This document shows positions 1 to 12,465 of a DNA stretch of 64,000 nt, one piece after another. The position numbers and the translations under genes are program-made. The stretch covers positions 1,674,001 to 1,738,000 of the forward strand of contig NW_027117342.1 of NCBI RefSeq assembly GCF_038025025.1, read 5' to 3'. The notes beneath the pieces are model-generated. The model made no database searches. It had not been told where the DNA came from and saw nothing but the letters and a program-made list of their open reading frames with translations. Position 1 is the stretch's first letter. Each line of letters begins with the position of its first letter. Origin of the DNA: Phyllosticta citribraziliensis. Taxonomy: Eukaryota.

Positions 1-627
1 TCCCCGTCTACGGGCTCGAGCGACCCCAGCGCTGGCGCCACAATACCCGAACCCGCGCCGCAACCCAACGCGTCGACAACCTCGGCCAGAGAAGAGACAC
101 AAGCAAAGGCGCAGATCGTCTTTGGCAGCCGGCTAGCGGGGCCAACGGAGCGCAAGGCGGCGCGCAAGGCAGCGGCGCGCGAGGTAGCGGGTGTCGAGAT
201 CCCGCCGCGGCCGGAGGAGCCCGACAATTGCTGCATGAGCGGCTGCGTCAACTGCGTGTGGGACGTGTATCGCGACGAGCTGGAGGAGTGGGCGCTGGCG
301 AGCAGGGAGGCCAAGCGCCGCATGAAGGAGATGAAGGCGGCGGGCGAGAAGGACCCGGAAAAGGAGAGGCAGGTGGCGGCGGCAGAGAAAGAGCGCAGGC
401 GCTTGGCTGACGCTGCTGCCAGTTCGACGTCGATGGACGATGATGGTGGGGGCAGCGAGGCTTTATGGAGCGCAGAAGAATTGGGAGGAGACGAAGCTCC
501 TGCGGCTGTCACGGAGGACGACTTGTTCAAGGACATTCCTGTGGGCATTCGGGAGTTTATGAAGACGGAGAAAAAGTTGAAACAAATGCACGCAGCAGAG
601 GAGGCTTCGTCGCCGCCACCGCCATGA
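1..627 (+). CDS. Oxidoreductase-like domain protein (OXLD1-like), 5'-truncated by the window edge
   Basis: Frame 1 is open from base 1 to TGA 625-627 and encodes IVFGSRLAGP...IPPRPEEPDNCCMSGCVNCVWDVYRDELEEW (the P-x-EP-x2-CC-x-SGC-x2-CVW motif) and the conserved tail LFKDIPVGIREFMKTEKKLK. Confidence 0.85.
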   Translation, partial: SPSTGSSDPSAGATIPEPAPQPNASTTSAREETQAKAQIVFGSRLAGPTERKAARKAAAREVAGVEIPPRPEEPDNCCMSGCVNCVWDVYRDELEEWALASREAKRRMKEMKAAGEKDPEKERQVAAAEKERRRLADAAASSTSMDDDGGGSEALWSAEELGGDEAPAAVTEDDLFKDIPVGIREFMKTEKKLKQMHAAEEASSPPPP

Positions 628-1037
628 GCCGAAAGTGCAGCGTCACTTGTACATCCAGTACATATTGTCCTTGGGGTTCTGCAGCGTTTTGCGCCGGCGT
701 CATCTGGAGCAGAGCGGCTCTTGCTTCTTGGGGGCGCATCTAGAGAGGTATATTAGATCAAATAGACAGATATACCCGTCGGGCGGTCCGTCTCGCGCGC
801 CGCAAAAGATCTCGCAATTCTTCTCGACCGACCGTAGAAGTACATGGCTGCCTCTATCAAAGCCTGAAAAGCCGTCGACCGTAGGACGGTCGGGTTTCCG
901 TTGGAACAAGAAATGCCGTCCCCGTCTCCGAAAACGCCAGCTGGATCAGCTACTATCCGTGTCCATTCGCCCTTTTTGTGCCCATTGTTGTTGTGCATGG
1001 TGTATTCTCATTGTTTCAAGACGAATCCAGCCAGCGT

Positions 1038-1509
1038 CTAGTCCTCTCCGACATCGACGCCCTTGGCCCGCAGCTCCTTCCTCGCCTGCTGGATCTCGGC
1101 CATCAGCTCGGCGTGTGCCTCGGGCACGTCGTTGAACGTGTACACGCCCCAGCCGAGCTTGAAGAGGAGGTATGCGCCGAAGGAAACGAGGGCCCAGAAG
1201 GGCAACTGTGAGGAATCCGGCGTTAGCGTCGCATTGTACAGAGGGGATATAGAGATGCGATGTCGAGTAGGCTTCGGGTTTTGTATTGACATGGTGATGC
1301 TCTGCCTTGTCTTGAACGTACCACAGGAATTACGTCTTCCTGGACCTTGGGCGACAGCGGCAGGAGACCGAGATACAGGGCCAGGTAGATCTGCCACGGA
1401 CGACGGCCAGTTAGCACAGCGTGTTCGCGGCCAAATCTTGCGGCAGGGATGTTGCGCGTACGGAGGACAGGAGCAGGCCAATGGAGATGGTTTGTTGAGC
1501 GCGCGTCAT
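1038..1509 (-). CDS. DPM3: Dolichol-phosphate mannose synthase subunit 3, 94 aa; exons 1509-1462, 1390-1322, 1205-1038
   Basis: Spliced product MTRAQQTISIGLLLSS/IYLALYLGLLPLSPKVQEDVIPV/LPFWALVSFGAYLLFKLGWGVYTFNDVPEAHAELMAEIQQARKELRAKGVDV. Two GT-AG introns (1461-1391, 1321-1206). TFND-x-PEA-x2-EL-x2-EI-x2-A is the DPM3 signature. Confidence 0.93.
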
Positions 1510-1751
1510 TTTGATGGTTGCGACGAAGGTATGCGTGAGGTGAAGGGAGAGAGCGCAAAGGTCGGAGGCGTGTGCGTGTTCAAGGAGCGAATGGGTTGCA
1601 GTTGGTTGGCGTCGAGACGAGAAAAGGTAGGTCTGGCGGCGACGACGATGGCGCGGGAGAGCTTCCTGGCTGCTGAGCTCGCTCCCTCTCTTCTCCCTCC
1701 TGCGGAGGCGGAGCGGAGCCACCGACGACCTTTGAGCAAGGTGGCATCATA

Positions 1752-1759
1752 CACGTGAC
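1752..1759. promoter_or_regulatory. CACGTGAC E-box (Cbf1/bHLH-type) in the 394-bp divergent promoter between DPM3 and the ARM-repeat gene
   Basis: Exact motif seen between two head-to-head start codons (1509 on -, 1904 on +). Function is inferred. Confidence 0.3.
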
Positions 1760-1903
1760 CGCGCATCGCTCGCAGCCTCCTTTCGAGAATCTCACAGAAG
1801 ACCTTGTCGTACCGCTGATATCTCGAGCTTTGCAATCTGGGACTGCAAATCCATCCCCGACGGTGTTGTGACCCTCTGACCCAGCGAAACTTGGACGTGC
1901 GAC

Positions 1904-3753
1904 ATGGAGTGGCCCTCAGGAGCCAAGCCCCTCTCCTTTAAGAAGGCCCTGGTTTCTTATCTCGAAGATCCGGAGCAACCAAAGGATATCAATGATCTCA
2001 GATCGCTACCGGTCCGCTTGGAAGAGTTGCGGGGCGAAGAGCCAACGGCTTGGGACAACGCGCTTGAGCTGCTCGCCAACACATGCCGGAATCGTGAGCG
2101 TTTATCCAGCTCCGCTACCCCTGCATACATCTCTGACTCTGTTTCCAGCAAAATGGCGAGAGCCAGTCGAAAAATCGGGCTTGCTGCATTATTATCTCGA
2201 CAACCTGGACCCCGATGCGCTGCCGGCGACGTCATCGACGCAGCTCCTCCGAGCTATTGGAAATGGCGTTGCAGACCGAGATGAATCCCGATCTGTGACG
2301 CTTCCTTTTCTGAAAAATATTGCTGCTTGTCTTCGAAAGGAGACTTTACAGACAGTTGCCCTTAGCGTGCTATACAACACATGCTTGGGATACCGTAAGT
2401 CGCTAATTTCCCAAAGTCGCACCCTTGTCGATGCTCACAATGATAGAACCTGCACAAAAGGAGGCCGCAGGCCTAAGACTCGACCGGGATCTGACAAAGC
2501 TATTGGATGACGATAATCCGATGGTCAGTCAAGTCTGCGAGTTGTTGGCTTGGATTACGAATGAGCTACCAGAAGACGGGCTCGAAGGTTCCGAAGACTG
2601 CCTCGAGGCCATTATCAGATACACCGCCAGCTGCGAGGAATGGGAAGATTTTAAGAGCATCATTGCCGCTGCATCCGTCTATCTGCAAGACCCGACAATC
2701 CAGAAAAAGCTCCTCCTTTCGGATGGTTTCGAACAGATCATCAGTCTCTTGAAGAAGAAGACTGATCAGCTGGCCGTGCTTAAACACTCCATGTCTGAGG
2801 AAGAGCACAAGAGTTTCGAAGAAGACCTTCGCATTGCAACCGGTCTTGTCATGAACAACCTGGCTACTATCACCGCCTCAGATGATTTTCCCCGCAAGTA
2901 CAGTCTGGAAAGTCGCCTTATTGCAGAGCAGGGAGAGTGGCTGGCCGAAGGACACCCCATCCTCCAAACATGCGCCTGCATTTTGCTTGGGAATCTTGCC
3001 ATCTCTGACGAGACCAATATCAAGATGGTCCAGGAGATGCAATGGCATATTCCAACCATCAACATCTTAAAAACCCGGTCAGACAGAACACTTCTCTTCC
3101 TCGCCGCTGGGTACCTGAGACACCTCGCTCAACCAAAGGAGAATGTCGAGACCGTCAGCGACGCAGATGCAATTCCAGTGTGCGCGGCGCTTCTCTCCCA
3201 AAAACAGCCCGAACTGGACTTTGAGATTGCAGCCATCTTCCGGCGTCTCACAAACCATTCGTTCAACAACACAGCCAAGTTGGTCCATCACGAGGAAGCC
3301 ATGGAGAAGCTTCTTGCGGCGACCAGCGCTACAAGGACGGCATTTGAAGTCGGCAGACTGCTCGTGGTCATGTCTCGGCGCCTTCGCGAGGCTGAAGGGG
3401 CAAGACGGCAGCAGGAGACGACTGAGCTGTGGGATCGTCTCTTCTCGCATCGCGATATTGTCAAACCGCTGCTTTTGATGGTCAAGCAGGAGCAGGTTCC
3501 CGTCTTGGCTGCAGAGGCATGGTTCGGTCTTGGTCTGATGGCTGCTGACCAACAGGGTGCCCGCATCATTGCTGATGCATTCAGAGATGAAGAGGCATTC
3601 GCCCAATTGGAGAGTGCCCTCACTGGAGAAAACGAAGCAAACAAGGGCAACTCATCGACATTGGTACATTTGCTGGCGCCGCATGCTGAGGATGATGAAC
3701 TTAAGGCCAAGTTTGAAGGCCTTGCAAAGCAAAGCCAAACAATCTCCAACTGA
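1904..3753 (+). CDS. ARM-repeat protein, probably RAP1GDS1/SmgGDS-like, about 580 aa; exons 1904-2093, 2149-2394, 2447-3753
   Basis: Two phase-1 GT-AG introns join three ORF-track frames. Helical ARM-like segments include ELLANTCRNPKWREP, QLLRAIGNGVADRDESR, ACILLGNLAISDE and LAAGYLRHLAQPKEN. Confidence 0.7.
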
Positions 3754-5349
3754 GGCCAAAATATTACGAATCCATTATTCTGAAGGAGACGGCAGGCCTG
3801 TCAAGTGCCAAAGGTGGAAGAGTTGCAACGCCTCGACTTGAACTTAATTCATCACATGTCCTTCCCCCTCAATCTTTTTCAAACTCCCGCTTTCCTCTTT
3901 GTTTCTTTCTCATTCTATCGTCTTACGTGCATCTCATTGTGCGACGCAAACAGCATCCCTTCCCCACTCTGGCGTGATGGTTTTAAGCCTCCACCTTGAG
4001 CTGATGAACCTCGGGCAACTCTTTCCGAAAGGACACGGCAGTGAGTCCACATTAACGGCATTAGTGACCTCCCCGTTGGCGTTGTTCATCCCAGGAAATC
4101 GCCTTTCCAAACACCGGATTCTGCTTAAGAGGCTTCGCGGCCTACCGCTGAATGGCTTCACGTCTCCCTGGATTTGGGCCAGGGGGCTGGCGGGACAAGC
4201 CGAGTTTTTTCCCCTGGCGAAGCGTCGCAAACCCGGTCGGTGGATAAACGGATCGCCAACACGTGTCGTGGAGTTGAGATGTGCCCAAAGGTCTTGCACC
4301 TCTTTGGCAAAAGACTATCAGCTTGGCAGCCGCGCTGAGCTGACCCTGTGGAAGAAGTAATTTCGGCAGAGCCGCCACGTTTTTTAGATCAACATTTCCC
4401 GAGCGCTGGCTCTGGCTCTCCACGTGGAAGTGAGATGAGGGGAAGCTCTCGTACGGGCGGAGCTCAGGTCGGGCTGGCTGAACTCGAGCCCCTCCAAGGC
4501 TGGAGAAAAACAAACATCAAGGAAATCGACGGATGTTGACACTTCTTTCATGGCGTCAGTCACGCAACGTCAACCGAGTATTTGGAAACGCTCCATGCCA
4601 AAAAAAAGGTCAGCTAACGGCCGGTAGACGCTGGTCTTTTTTGGCCGATTGACGAATCACAGAGCCGGAGACGCGAACAGAGTCACGGAGCGCCCGTCTG
4701 GTCCAATTGGCAAGGACTGCCGCAAGCGCAACGCAGTGACAAAGGAGAGCCCCTTGCTGAGGCCAATCGATACGAAGCCCCGGGCCGCAAAGGTGTCCGT
4801 CGATGCAGATAAAAAGTGGCAGACTGGTGTGAGGCATGGCGCTGGGGAGATACGAAGACTCGGCTGGAGCCGGTGGGGCGTAAACAGAGCGACTGGTTGC
4901 GGCTTTCGACGGAGAGCTGCTGCTTACCGAAAAAGGCAATGGGGCTTCTGGCTATTCCAAGACTTGCCATTCCAGGCAGAGCAAGGCTCGCTTAATGCTG
5001 CTCTTCCGCGCTCTCCCTCCTGAATGGGTCGACGCCAAAACGCCCTCAACCCCAGTGCCCTTTGACATGGTAATTTCGCTGTCCCTTGGTCCATTGTGTG
5101 AATGGCCGGTCACGCACACCGCCTCTCATCCTTTGACCATTCGCTGTGGGTCCTCAGTTCCGGGCACATCGACATGAGCCGACTTCGAGGCTTCCGGCTC
5201 CTCAATCTCTAGTTTTGTATACACCGTGTGGCGTGCTGTCAATACTATAAGAAGCGATGGGAATCCACCAGAAAAATCCTCCTCATCAGCAACAACTCCA
5301 ATCTTCTTTGGCGCGTTAGTTCGCAGTTCCTCTTTGGCATCGTTTCATC

Positions 5350-6743
5350 ATGCGTTCTACTCTACTTCTCTCGCTGGCCTTTGGCCTGGCTACTTCCAGC
5401 CCTCTGGAAAAGAGGCAAAAGATTGAGTTTAAATCTGTTGCTGCCGCTGCGGAATCCGTCATTGCTACGCTTCCCGCTGCGGCACTGGGACCGACTAATG
5501 TCGGTGTCGTGGCGACGACGCAGCCTCCTGCGACCTCTGCCTACAACCTGCCTTCGGCCGTCTCCAAGGCCACTTCGAGCATCACTGTTGCAAACAGCCC
5601 GAATGTTTCGCTCGCCCCGACGACCATTCCCGGCAATGCCAAATCAGCTGCTGCCAAGCGTGACATTGAAGAGCGTGATGCCTCCTCAGCTGCCGCAACA
5701 ACGACGTCTTGCGCACAATACACTGGGTAAGTTTTTCGCAGGCCTAGCATTGAGTACCACTGACACCGAACAGAAAGGGGCCAGTTGTTGCGAGTACTGT
5801 CATCAGTGACTGGGTGAAAGATCCCATTCTCACTGCAGCTGCTACGGATGCGCCTACGCCAACTGGCTATGTCCAGGCGTTCTCCAATCTCCCAGGCTCT
5901 CTGCAGATGATGGGTTATCTCACAGTGAAGAGCTTGGACTCGTACGACACTGCAAAGTGCGCCGACTACTGTAACAACGAGCCTCTCTGCATGGGTTTCG
6001 ACGTCTACTACGAGCGTGACCCCGGTGCGAACACCACCTGCTCTCTCCCGGACAAGAACCCTCCGTCCATCACTTTCATCGGCTGCACTCTGTACGGCTT
6101 CCATGTCAACGGTACCCTGGCCACCAACACCGGCCAGTGGAGGGACAACTTCCAAGTCGCCATCACCGCCTCCAACGGCTACAACAAGATTGGCGTCAAG
6201 CACCCGGACATCTACAACAACATCCCCGGCTTCTACCCGCCCGTCGAACTCGGCAACGCCAGCATTGATGCGCTCTTCTGGCCGCCGGCCGTCTTCCAAG
6301 ACAAGGACGCCCTCGGCAGGTCCAAGCTGTACACGTACATGGGCATGAGGTCGTTGCAACAGCCATACGACCCCCGCGTCTGCGCCAGCATTTGCTCCCA
6401 GCAGACGGCCACCAACGCAGCGCACCCCGACACCAACGCTGATGGCACCCAGACGTACCGCCCCTGCAACTTCTTCACGGCCTACGTCCTGGCCAAGAAC
6501 GACATCCCCGTCGGTCTGCAGTGCGCCTTTTACATGCTCCCCTGGAACACGACATATGCCACCAACACGGGCTACTACGACTACCCTCACTGGCCCAACC
6601 AAGACGTCTCGAACCACTACACCATTTACAACTCGCTCGCCTTTACTGCCAGCACTTTTGGAACGGACAAGGCGGATTTTGGCCGCAACGACACGCTCAA
6701 GACCGCGTACTTGGCTGATCCTAATGCGTGGCAGTTGTCTTAG
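5350..6743 (+). CDS. Secreted protein, about 448 aa: signal peptide, kexin-type KR sites, Ser/Thr/Ala-rich region, two Cys-rich PAN/apple-like modules; exons 5350-5726, 5774-6743
   Basis: N-terminus MRSTLLLSLAFGLATSSPLEKR. A 47-nt intron 5727-5773 (GTAAG...CTGAC...CAG) restores the frame. Repeated Y-D-x3-C-A-x2-C...C-x2-F-x2-Y pattern, strong C-ending codon bias, and TATAAG at about 5246. Confidence 0.8.
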
Positions 6744-7799
6744 GGTAGCAACCTTCTTCGACTGAGATCTTTCTGAATCCGGTATTTCTTTTGCTTTGGG
6801 AATTGTTCATTACTTTTTTTTGGTGTTTAACGGCTGTCTCGGCGTCATTTACTTTTGTTCGTTTAGAAATCATAGACTACAACCCATCACCCTCCCCTAT
6901 TATCTGGTGCTTTGCTGCGCACCAACATCCAACAGCCACCTGCTCTCGCCACCTCCTTGCCCAAGCTATCCTCGCCACTGGGTTCTCTTCATCCGCACGA
7001 TTCTACTCTTCCCCCCTGATCCGCCCTCCATTTGTCGCTGCCCACTGTCCAACCAGTCCTCGCCCCCCGTTCAACCATCTGGGACCTGGCCACATCTGAC
7101 GACAGCGGCCACCCTCGATGCCAGCCAGCCTCCCCAAACATCCCGAACCAAGCGCAACAGCCCGTCCACAGGGGAAGAGAAACGACAGAAAGGGGCACGT
7201 CCGGTCCGGGCACCCATCCATGCGCGCGGGCGGGTGTACCTGCATCATGAAGCGCAACCAGGAGCAGGAGCACACTGCAATGCCAGACGGCGAACGCGCG
7301 GTCCGTCGATGCGGCCTTGCTTGAATAGGCAAAGGCGCTCTTGTGGCGGGCGGTCGAGAACCCGGTTTCGGCGGTAATTTAGCTCGGGTGAGGTCGTGGG
7401 GTAGCTGCGGTAGCGTATCCGGTGTTGAGGGTGGAGATGGGGGCTTAGAGAGGGCTTTGCTGACAGGGGAGGGGGTCTGGGGAGGCATGGGGTGGGTAAG
7501 GGAGGTAGTGAATGTGGTGATGATGCTGTTGTGCGTTGTGTTGCCGCCGCCTGTCGTGATGGGGATGGCCGCGTGGGTGGAGTAGAGAAGAAGTACGGCG
7601 CAAAGAGTCCTTCTGATCGATTGCATGAGTTGGAAACTTAAAATGGTGCATTTGTATCTGCTTCGCTGGGGCACAAAGGCAGACGACGAACCTGCGGTCA
7701 TTGTAGACAAGGCAGATAGGTAGACATGTCAGAAGCAAGGTGGATGACAATAAACAATAAATAAATGAGAAGAACAAGCGATGACGCGTCCTTCCGTAT

Positions 7800-7830
<31 letters not shown>
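7800..7830. repeat. (CTGC)n microsatellite, about 7.5 units
   Basis: Directly visible tandem repeat. Confidence 0.9.
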
Positions 7831-7832
<2 letters not shown>

Positions 7833-8306
7833 TACACCTACCCGCGAACCCGCCCGCTAGTCCAAACGACCATCTGTCCTTCCCATCATTTAGACACTTG
7901 TGTAAATGAGCTGCAATGATCCGGGAGGTCACTGATTGACATTACTTGTCCTCATCTCAACCGCCACGACGTGGAACTTCTTCGTCCAGCTCCCAAATGA
8001 AAAACCAAGACACGCACCGGCAACGACCGCTCGCGCGCGCGCACGCACCGTGCGTAACAACCGACCAACAACCCAACTCGCCCAACGATGCAGCAACGAG
8101 GAACATCAGACCAACACAACGACGGTAGCACGCCAGTCGAACAAGAGAGAAGAAGGCGAGAGATGTCCCAAAAACGTACAAGTGACGCCCGAAGAAGAAG
8201 GAAGAAAGTAGAAGAGACGAAGAAAAGGGGGAGCGGGCGCCTCGAAAAGGTGTAGTTGTGGTAAGAAGAGGGAGTTTCAAGGCCCGCAAGCCAAAAGAGG
8301 CCCATA

Positions 8307-11258
8307 CTAGAGGCCGCCGCTATGAACAGACTCGCCCTGCGACAGGCGGTCGACCATGAGCTTGAGCAGCACGGGGGGCACGGCTTCGTCGGTTGCGCGG
8401 ATGGTGAGGCGGAACATCTAATTGGGTGCGTGAGCCTACCACATTCGTGCTGGAGGAGACAAAAAAAAACTTACCATGGTATCGTAGTTGGGCTCCAAAC
8501 GCAACAAGCATCCAAAACGTCCTCCGTCCTGCGTGTGCAATACGCTCGCACCCACCATGTTGCGCGAGTTGGGGTCAACGCCGTCCATGACACCCCACTT
8601 GAAGCCCTCGACGACCTTGCGCGTCAGCGAAGGGCTGGCCACGCGATTCTTCGAGACGAGACCAAAAATCTTTTGAGCCTCGCGCGGGGCGCCACCAATC
8701 TGCTTCCAGCGCTTGAAGAAGTCGTCGGCGGACAGCTCGGCACCCTCCATGTACTTGTGCAGCGTGACCGGGAGCTGCAATGTGAGAGCTTGCAACGATC
8801 CAGCCAAGTACGAAATGCGAATTGTTGGGGGTTCGCTAAAGACGCTCTTGGCCTCAAACATGATCATTTGCTGAGACTGTGCCTCGGGTTGGATGTTAGT
8901 CTCGGGCAGGGACTTGACGTCGGTCTTGAGAGATTCGGCGGAGCGGTTGTCGAGAGTTGTAGTGAAAGAGCCCATGAGCGAGGAGGACTTGTTGGTAAAG
9001 TAGAGAATGATGCATCCCAGCTCTCCGCGGTACTCAGACCGCAGACCAACTTGAATTTGCGCGTCTTCGTACAACACGCCTTCAGAGCGCAACAAGAGGC
9101 GATTGTAGCCAACTTCCCAGTCAGGACTCAGGTGAGCGGCGCTGGCAAGGTTGGCGCCTTTGCCACTGTCCACATTGATGAGATCCAAGCCAGCAAGATC
9201 ACTTGTTCCGTTGGAAACGCCATTTGTACCGTTGGCGGCAGCGGCGGCGGCGGCGGTGCCACTGTTTGACGGCGCATTGGTAAAGGAGCGCTTGAGTCCA
9301 GTGTTTTGAACGAGGTTGAACTCCTTAGGATCCGCATTTGCATCCCGGCCGCCGACTACCCAAGTCCTCTTGTCGCTTGAACCAGCGTGTTTCTGGTGGA
9401 GTCGGGATAGCAAAGCGGACGCACGTTGGGGGAACGGTGGCATCTCATCGCAAACTGTCCTCAAAAGCTCGTCTGTGGGGAGAGTGGCCAAGGCATGATA
9501 TTCGCATGCTCTTTGCTGCAATTCCGGATCAAGCGTGTAACTAAAGTCCTGAAAGACTTGGAGCAGTTGCGGTTTGATCTCCGGGAACAGATTGACGAAC
9601 TTGATGAAGGACGAAAGAATTATGGCCCGCGTGCTTGACGAGCAACCCAGCATCTTCGACCGCATTGCCATGAATTGCTCGATTGGGCTGCAACCCTTGT
9701 TGTCCGCGATCAAGTGGCCGAATTCGCCGAGCAGGTATCCGCCAATTTTGACAAGCGTTTCGTGACAGTGTTCCATCTTGATGTACTGCAAAATGTTTTG
9801 CGCCGCGTAGACTTGGAGCTCCTCGTTGTTCGTGACAATCTGGATGACGCGTTGCCAAACTTCGTCGCTGACATGGTCGCCGGCCATGGCAATCAGCTTC
9901 AACGAGATGTCGACGTACCACTGCACGTCTGTCGCGTATTTCTCTGTAAGGATTGCAATCTTCAGGACCATTTCCTCCCTTATCGCAAAATCCGCGGTCT
10001 GCAGATACTTGAGGAGCTCCGAAACAATCGGTTGGGCATTAGTCGAGTCGCACATGCTGTACAAAAGATCCAGACCCTGCCGACGCACGCTGATATCTCT
10101 GTCCCTTAATGAGCCGATGATGATGCTTTGGTGTTTCTTTATGGGGTCCAAGGTCTCTGCTCGCGCCGCTAGGTGCGTCATCGCTTCCAGACCGAGATAT
10201 CTGACGTTTGTCTCGCGAGACTGGATGAATTTGCCCAACCGGGACGATATTTGCACCATGAGATCGTGCTCCGTGTCCAAGTGAATCACCAAGTTGATGG
10301 CTTCGAAGAGGACAGCATTCTGCGCATTGTTCTGTTGCACGTTCTTGGGCATTTCCATGGCCGAGTCCAGGATGCGCTGCACCGAGTCGCGAATCAGGTT
10401 CCGGATGTGGGTGTCTTCCGAAGGCGGATAGTACTGAAGTAGCCTAAGGAGCTTGACCTGGATCCAGGGGCAGGGCACCTTGTAGTAGAGGTAGTCCACT
10501 GTACACTCGCTGTCCACGACAATCTTCTTGAGGCGATTGGCGGCCTTGCTGTAGCTGCCCCTGTACGACTGGGGACTGTCCTGCACCAATGCCATGACCA
10601 ACGACGTGACCGAAAGCGCCACTCCCATGTCCGGGTCATCCATTAACGCTATTATCCGCTCTGCCCACTCCTGTTGTACTATTCCAGGGTATTTCCGGTA
10701 CAGACGCAGCAGCGTCAAAGCTGCCTTTTTCTTGACGAAGGATTTCGAGGTTGGCGAGATCAGTAGCCGGTGGACGTCGGCGCTCAGGGCTTCGCCCATT
10801 TCCTTGCCGCCGACATTGGCAATAGCGTGTAGCGCCAGACAGTTGTTCAGCTCGTTGTGATCCAAAAGGTCCTTGCGAATGCTGTTGACAACGAGGTGCA
10901 AGAGCTCGTGCTCTTCGTGCAAAAAGAGGGTGACGGCCAGGTATCCAATCTGCTTCTCCGAGTACTTGTTGGCCGAGATGAGATTGACGGCCTCCAAGTG
11001 GCCGAAGTCGACGTTCCAGCCAAGAATGTAAATGTAGAGCAGCTTGCAGACGTATTTCTTCTTGGAGTAGCCGTTGAGGCCGCCCTCCTTGAACTTTTGG
11101 CGAATGTTGGCCAGCTCCTTGTTGATGCGCTTCTCCTCGAGCTCGCGGGCGCGCGCGTTGCGCAGGTCTGCAATGAAGGACACGAGGCCGCGCATCGAGT
11201 TCTGTGGGCCCGAGTTCCCGCGGCTGAACAGGCCGCCGCTGCCCGAGTTGGAGGCCAT
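8307..11258 (-). CDS. APL3: AP-2 adaptor complex alpha subunit (alpha-adaptin), about 964 aa; exons 11258-8475, 8417-8307
   Basis: MRGLVSFIADLRNARARELEEKRINKELANIRQKF...KKKYVCKLLYIY is the alpha-adaptin N-terminus, with an appendage domain at the C-terminus. A 57-nt intron 8474-8418 adds the conserved MFRLTIRATDEAVP end. The exact stop is less certain. Confidence 0.97.
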
Positions 11259-11502
11259 GGTCGCGAGGGTCGACGGTGGTGGTGTCGAGTGCTTCTTGGC
11301 CTCGCCGACGGCGGGCGTCCGCCAGTTGGTCAGAGGTTGGGCAGCTCGGGTGTAGTGAGGATTTGGTTGGGTCGGCGAGATTGTACAGAGGGAGTGTGGA
11401 ATGTTAGGGGGTGGAGCGGAGGATGCGTCGGGATTGTCGCTGTCGCTGGGCGGGATGGATGGGGCGCGCTCGCGCTCGTGCAGCTGGGGAGTGCCTGGGG
11501 TT

Positions 11503-11526
11503 GGTGAGGTGAGGTGAGGTGAGGTG
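11503..11526. repeat. (GGTGA)n pentanucleotide repeat upstream of alpha-adaptin
   Basis: Four full copies plus a partial copy are visible. Confidence 0.85.
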
Positions 11527-11945
11527 GGAGGCGCAACGTCTGGGCGCAGGGCCTGGCAGTGGGCAGCGGACGTGATGGACGCGATGTATGTGGTTGTTTC
11601 TCGTATGGGGGAAAGGCAATGTACTGCAGTGTCCAGCTAACGGAAGCTAGGTATTGCCGAACGAGGGGCGAGGGGTGATCGACATGAGGATGGGCGTCGA
11701 CGATCTTCTGCACACCTTGACGTCGCAAGCATCAATCACATCAATCCAGCTACGCGATGGACATGTTCAGAAACTCAATGTCATTACCAGCAGCCCCCCC
11801 TCTGCTCCGCCACGAGAACCTGTCAAAAGCAATCATCAAAGCACCAGTTCCCGCCGCCCGTCCCCGTGAAACCTGTTCCGTAGCCCGCAACGCCATCAAC
11901 ACCACTGAGCCATGCCAAGCTCCCTGTCCCCAGCCCTACGAGCCA

Positions 11946-12465
11946 TTACTTGCGCGTCGTAAAGTCCGTCTCCAGGTCAGGTCTCTTGCCCGCCTCGGTG
12001 CCCGAACAAGTACACGAGTCTGCGAAAACGTCAATCAGAGCCGCTCTATCCACCGTCGCTGGGTGCAACTTACTGCTTGCGCGCTTGCCGCACGCGCACT
12101 TGTCGCCTGAGATGGTGTTCTCCTCGCCGGCACGGTTGCATGTGCAAGCGCCTGCAGCGCGCTGGCCTACGGACTGTCAGTTGAACCGTCTTGGGCATGT
12201 CGCAAGAATTCCGAGGAGAGTCGCAGGGGGAGAGAGAGGACCATGTACGAGGCACGTGACATGATTCCCGAAGAGGCCGCATCTTAAACGTACCGCAAGA
12301 GCAGGTGGCGCCAGAGACGCTATTCTCAATCGAAGCCTTCTCGCAAGTGCAGTGAAGAGCCTTTTGCTTGCCGCATGAGCAGGTGGCTTCTTGGGCGCAG
12401 ACACATCCAGAGCCGTCGCGCTTGCAGCAGGTGGCCGGAATAGCGTTGACTGGAGCAGCAGACAT
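11946..12465 (-). CDS. crd2: Crd2-type Cys-rich copper metallothionein-like protein, 112 aa with 16 Cys; exons 12465-12294, 12166-12074, 12019-11946
   Basis: Spliced product MSAAPVNAIPATCCKRDGSGCVCAQEATCSCGKQKALHCTCEKASIENSVSGATCSCGQRAAGACTCNRAGEENTISGDKCACGKRASNSCTCSGTEAGKRPDLETDFTTRK. Both introns are GT-AG. The ETDFTT end is typical of this fungal family. Confidence 0.88.

Noticed and set aside
5541..6617. 358-aa minus-strand ORF
   Set aside because: Antisense shadow of the secreted-protein gene.
6796..8305. Several 100-235 aa ORFs between the secreted protein and alpha-adaptin
   Set aside because: Low-complexity, no motifs or consistent codon bias; more likely UTR or intergenic sequence.
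8322..9269. 315-aa plus-strand ORF and other ORFs overlapping alpha-adaptin
   Set aside because: Antisense shadows of a highly conserved gene.
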